Shown piece by piece: positions 60,597-64,000 of a stretch of 64,000 nucleotides of DNA. The translations under genes and the position numbers were made by a program. Location: the NCBI GenBank assembly GCA_018830525.1, contig JAHJSH010000029.1, positions 41,526-105,525 on the forward strand, read 5' to 3'. Position 1 is the stretch's first letter. Every line of letters starts with the position of its first letter. The stretch comes from Nanobdellota archaeon (GTDB lineage: Archaea; Nanobdellota; Nanobdellia; Pacearchaeales; GW2011-AR1). The notes under the pieces are model-generated. The model was not told the DNA's origin, did no database searches, and saw nothing but the letters and a program-made list of their open reading frames with translations.

Positions 60597-62306
60597 ATGC
60601 ATCCATCTGAAGTTATAAAAGATATCAAGTATAATGACTTGAAGGGAATGAATGCTGTATTCGTGAATATGCCGATTCGAGAGAGTGCTGCCCCAAATAC
60701 TACCCCTCAGGGCCCCCTCCTATTAGCTACGAATCTAAGAGATAATTATGGGGTAAATGCTAGTGTTATTGATTTGAATGGATATAGAATTCGGGATGGA
60801 ATTTCCGAGCAGCGAGGGCTTCCAAATGGAAGGCACCTTAGTGAAAGGGAAACTTATAGATTGTTTGAAAAACATTTTAAAACTTATGGTGCTCCGGACC
60901 TTGTTGGACTTTCAGGGATAATTACTACGCTTGGTTGGCAGGAGAAAACTGCTAAGATGATTCAAGATATTTCTCCAGATACTTTTTTAGTCTCTGGGGG
61001 AGGATTGGCTACTGAACTGAGAGAAGGTTTGTTCAATTATATTCCAGAGTTGAATGGGGTTGCTAGTGCGGAGGGAGATGATGTCATAGTAAAAATTGCT
61101 TATGACGCAATAACTGTACGAGAAAAAGGATGGGAAAGGGCCATTTCAGGAGGAAATTTGTCACCATATTATTTTGGGAAATTTGGAGGTTTGCCCCGTT
61201 TAGTCTATGGGGGGGCGGGCCCGTTGAATCTTGATGCTGTGCCTTTCGCAGATTTAACACTTATTGAGAGGGATGTAAACGGGGTTCCTATTTTAGAAAA
61301 TTATATTGATGTTGCAGTTTGGGGGGATAAAAAAACGGGAAATAGTTCTGCCGCACCATTTACTGTAGATAGAAGCACCACATTTGTTTCTAGTCGGGGC
61401 TGTCCACATCCTTGTGATTTTTGTTATAAAGGAATGCAGGGGGGAAGTTCATATGATGTAAGGTCTGCAGAAAATGTTGCTGAAGAATTTATATTACATA
61501 AGGAAAAGTATGGGGTTGATTTTATTGGAATGCCGGATGATAACTTTGCGGTCAAGAGGAAAAGAATTGAAGAATTAGTCCCCCTTTTAAAACCACTAAA
61601 TGTAAAATGGGGCACTCATATGAGGCTAGATGAGGCTGCAGATATAAAGAATGTTTCGGGGGATGGACAGATTACGTTTGAAAACCCAAGAAGAGTTGAT
61701 ATGATGGCAGAGGCAGGATGTGTGTATGTGGGGTTCGGGGCGGAAAGTGCAAGTCCTAGAGTTTTAGAATCTATGAAAAAGGGTGGTTTCATTTTGAAAA
61801 ATGGGCTTGAGGAAATTAATGTTGATGGGAAAAATTACTCTTTTCCGCGTTCGATGATCTATGGAATAAAAAATTCAGAAGAGGTGGGAATTCATGCTAA
61901 TTGTACTTGGATAATGGGTTATCCAGGAGAAAGGCTTGAAGATTTGAAGCAGAGTATAGCTTTTATTAAATGGCAAGAAGATTTTTATAATTCAGTGGGG
62001 AAGCCAAGTAGCTCAGTTAATAAGGGATTGTTTACTGCAACGGCATATCCTGGAACTGGAATGTTTTCGCGTCCAGAAGTCATGAGTAAGTTATCTGAAA
62101 ATTTTGGGATTAATTTTGATGCTGAAGGAAAGCCGATTTGTAATGAAAATTTTCGCCAGTATATTCTTGGTCTTGAGGATGCCACAAAGGTTTTAGTGGA
62201 TAAAAATGGTAATCCCTTAAATTATAGCGAAATGGACGATGAAACGTTTCTTAAGGCAAGAGGGCATATAAATAATGGGGATTTGGAAAAAGTTCTTGCA
62301 ATGTAA
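60597..62306 (+). CDS. B12-binding-domain radical SAM enzyme
   Basis: N-terminal Rossmann-like region; CPHPCDFC cluster motif. Confidence 0.75.
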   Translation: MHPSEVIKDIKYNDLKGMNAVFVNMPIRESAAPNTTPQGPLLLATNLRDNYGVNASVIDLNGYRIRDGISEQRGLPNGRHLSERETYRLFEKHFKTYGAPDLVGLSGIITTLGWQEKTAKMIQDISPDTFLVSGGGLATELREGLFNYIPELNGVASAEGDDVIVKIAYDAITVREKGWERAISGGNLSPYYFGKFGGLPRLVYGGAGPLNLDAVPFADLTLIERDVNGVPILENYIDVAVWGDKKTGNSSAAPFTVDRSTTFVSSRGCPHPCDFCYKGMQGGSSYDVRSAENVAEEFILHKEKYGVDFIGMPDDNFAVKRKRIEELVPLLKPLNVKWGTHMRLDEAADIKNVSGDGQITFENPRRVDMMAEAGCVYVGFGAESASPRVLESMKKGGFILKNGLEEINVDGKNYSFPRSMIYGIKNSEEVGIHANCTWIMGYPGERLEDLKQSIAFIKWQEDFYNSVGKPSSSVNKGLFTATAYPGTGMFSRPEVMSKLSENFGINFDAEGKPICNENFRQYILGLEDATKVLVDKNGNPLNYSEMDDETFLKARGHINNGDLEKVLAM

Positions 62307-62317
62307 TCCTGAAAAAA

Positions 62318-64000
62318 ATGAAAAAACAAATTTACTTAACAGATTTGACTCATGAATCTAAGTTGGGTCTTGGTAGTGATACAATCCCATTACAGCTCGG
62401 TTTAATAGGTTCCTATTGTTTAAAAGAACATGGGAATAAAGTAGATGTAAAGATTTTCAAGTTTGTTGATGAATTTGTTGAGGCAGTTGAAAAGCAACCA
62501 CCATTTATAATTGGTGCTTCAAATTATATGTGGAATATTGATTTGACTTCTAAGTTGGTTGGAGCAATCAAAAAGAAACATCCAGGGATAATAACTATTT
62601 ATGGGGGACCTAATTATTCTGATAATCTCGGGGAACAGATAGACTGGCTAAATAAACATCCCGAAGCAGACTTTTATATCTTTAAGGATGGAGAAATACC
62701 ATTTAGTCGTTTGGTGGGGTCTTTACTTGATAATTCAGTATCCGCAATAAAAAAGAATAGATTACCTAGTTGCCATTCTCTTGTTGATGGTGAACCTAAT
62801 TTTGGGAAACTTGAAGAACGACTACAAGATTTATCAATCATCCCATCACCTTACACCACAGGCCTATTAGATAAATTCTTTGAGCAAAAATTACTGCCCA
62901 TGATTCAAACAAATAGGGGATGTCCTTTTACATGTACCTATTGTTCGGAGGGTGATGATTATTATCAGAAAGTTAGGAAAAATTCCTTAAAACATAAAAC
63001 TACTGAAATTGATTATATTGCCAATAAAGTAAAGCATACCAAGACATTATTTATTACAGATTCAAATTTTGGTATGTTTAAGGAGGATGTAGATTTTTGT
63101 AAACACTTGGGAGAGGTGCAAAAAGCCACAGGTTATCCTGAATTGCTATCTTGTAGCACTGGTAAAAACCAGAAAGAACGAGTGTTAAAATGCAATGAAT
63201 TACTCGGAGGAATTATGCGTTTTGCCGCCTCAGTACAATCTTTAGATAAGACTGTTCTAAAAAATATTAAACGAACCAATATCTCCTTGGAAGAGATAAT
63301 GGGATTGTCCGACCAAGTTAGTGACACAGATACGCATTCTTATTCTGAACTTATTCTTGGATTACCGGGAGATTCTCTAAAAATTCAAAAAGAAAGTATT
63401 GCTAAGCTTATGCAAACTGGAATCAGTAATATTACTCAGCATCAATTAAGTTTAGTTTGTGGTACGGAGATTGCTTCTCCTGAAGGTCGTGAAAGATTTG
63501 GTATTAAAGGAAAGTTTAGACCAGTGCAGCGTTGTGCAGGAACATATACTTTTGATGGTGAACCATTTACGGCAATAGAAACTGAAGAAATAGCTGTAGA
63601 AACAGATACCTTATCCTTAGAGGATTATATGGAAGCAAGAAAATTTTATTTGACTACGGGCTTATTTTATAATGATCGGATTTTTGGAGAAGTCCATTCA
63701 CTATTAAGATTATTAAAATTACCTACAGGGGAATGGATTAACTCTATTCATAACAATATCTCTAAAGGTCCAAAAGAGATAAAGGCCATCTATGAAGATT
63801 TTTCCGAAGATACAAGAAATGAATTATGGGGGAGTAGAGAAAGTTTAGTTAAAGATATCAATAGTGAAATTGAAAAATATATCTCTGGAGAAACTGGGGG
63901 AAATCTAATTTACAAATACCGTTCTCAATCCTTAGCTAAGCATTTTGAACAGCTCCATGAAATGGCCTTTGATAATCTGAGGGATTATGTAAGTGATAAA
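62318..64000 (+). CDS. second B12-binding-domain radical SAM enzyme (3' end beyond the window)
   Basis: I translated 561 codons without a stop, from ATG 62318 to the window end; CPFTCTYC motif; absent from the ORF track because it is open-ended. Confidence 0.75.
   Translation, partial: MKKQIYLTDLTHESKLGLGSDTIPLQLGLIGSYCLKEHGNKVDVKIFKFVDEFVEAVEKQPPFIIGASNYMWNIDLTSKLVGAIKKKHPGIITIYGGPNYSDNLGEQIDWLNKHPEADFYIFKDGEIPFSRLVGSLLDNSVSAIKKNRLPSCHSLVDGEPNFGKLEERLQDLSIIPSPYTTGLLDKFFEQKLLPMIQTNRGCPFTCTYCSEGDDYYQKVRKNSLKHKTTEIDYIANKVKHTKTLFITDSNFGMFKEDVDFCKHLGEVQKATGYPELLSCSTGKNQKERVLKCNELLGGIMRFAASVQSLDKTVLKNIKRTNISLEEIMGLSDQVSDTDTHSYSELILGLPGDSLKIQKESIAKLMQTGISNITQHQLSLVCGTEIASPEGRERFGIKGKFRPVQRCAGTYTFDGEPFTAIETEEIAVETDTLSLEDYMEARKFYLTTGLFYNDRIFGEVHSLLRLLKLPTGEWINSIHNNISKGPKEIKAIYEDFSEDTRNELWGSRESLVKDINSEIEKYISGETGGNLIYKYRSQSLAKHFEQLHEMAFDNLRDYVSDK

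Noticed and set aside
1-64000. Prophage, IS element or integrated plasmid
   Set aside because: No integrase, transposase, capsid or replication genes are recognisable in any frame. Only the intein endonuclease and short non-autonomous repeats are present.

Overview
AT-rich archaeal chromosome segment (by eye about one-third GC, not computed). Gene content fits a small-genome DPANN-type archaeon, possibly Pace-/Woesearchaeota-like, but that placement is inference. Layout: (i) 1-7.2 kb holds envelope genes (putative archaeosortase next to a large acidic surface protein), a truncated dph2, sepF and prefoldin beta. (ii) 7.5-21 kb holds the archaeal rpl37ae-rpoP block, tRNA-Pro, the ftsZ-secE-spt5-rpl11 block (minus strand), FKBP, adk, aIF5A, rpl40e, an S2P protease, TYW1 and rpl1-rpl10-rpl12. 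(iii) 21-29 kb holds tRNA-Ser, cyclophilin, AMP phosphorylase, an AI-2E transporter, a GIY-YIG nuclease and purA. (iv) 29.2-44.7 kb holds the r-protein supercluster from rpl3 to rpl15 plus secY. (v) 47.4-64 kb holds an N-glycosylation / nonulosonic-acid island (AglH, AglB, WecB, GTs, FemAB-like, deacetylase, NeuB, NeuA fusion, SDR, KdsC-like, two B12 radical-SAM genes). I found no rRNA, CRISPR array, transposase or integrase. The most unusual content is not a gene cassette. It is a dense set of short, structured, modular repeat families, and every copy I found lies in the same plus-strand orientation. They include a GC-rich two-hairpin module inserted in-frame into ribosomal-protein, TYW1 and Dph2 genes (reminiscent of Rickettsia palindromic elements), a promoter/leader cassette ending in the start codon of 7 genes, and a conserved ACCCAGTAGG-stem-TGGT-stem element with covarying stems. 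Other notable items are an intein splitting the FtsZ GGGTGTG signature, tandem duplications of tRNA 3' parts, and orphan ORFs translationally coupled inside the r-protein supercluster. All calls come from reading the sequence and ORF translations; no database search was possible.
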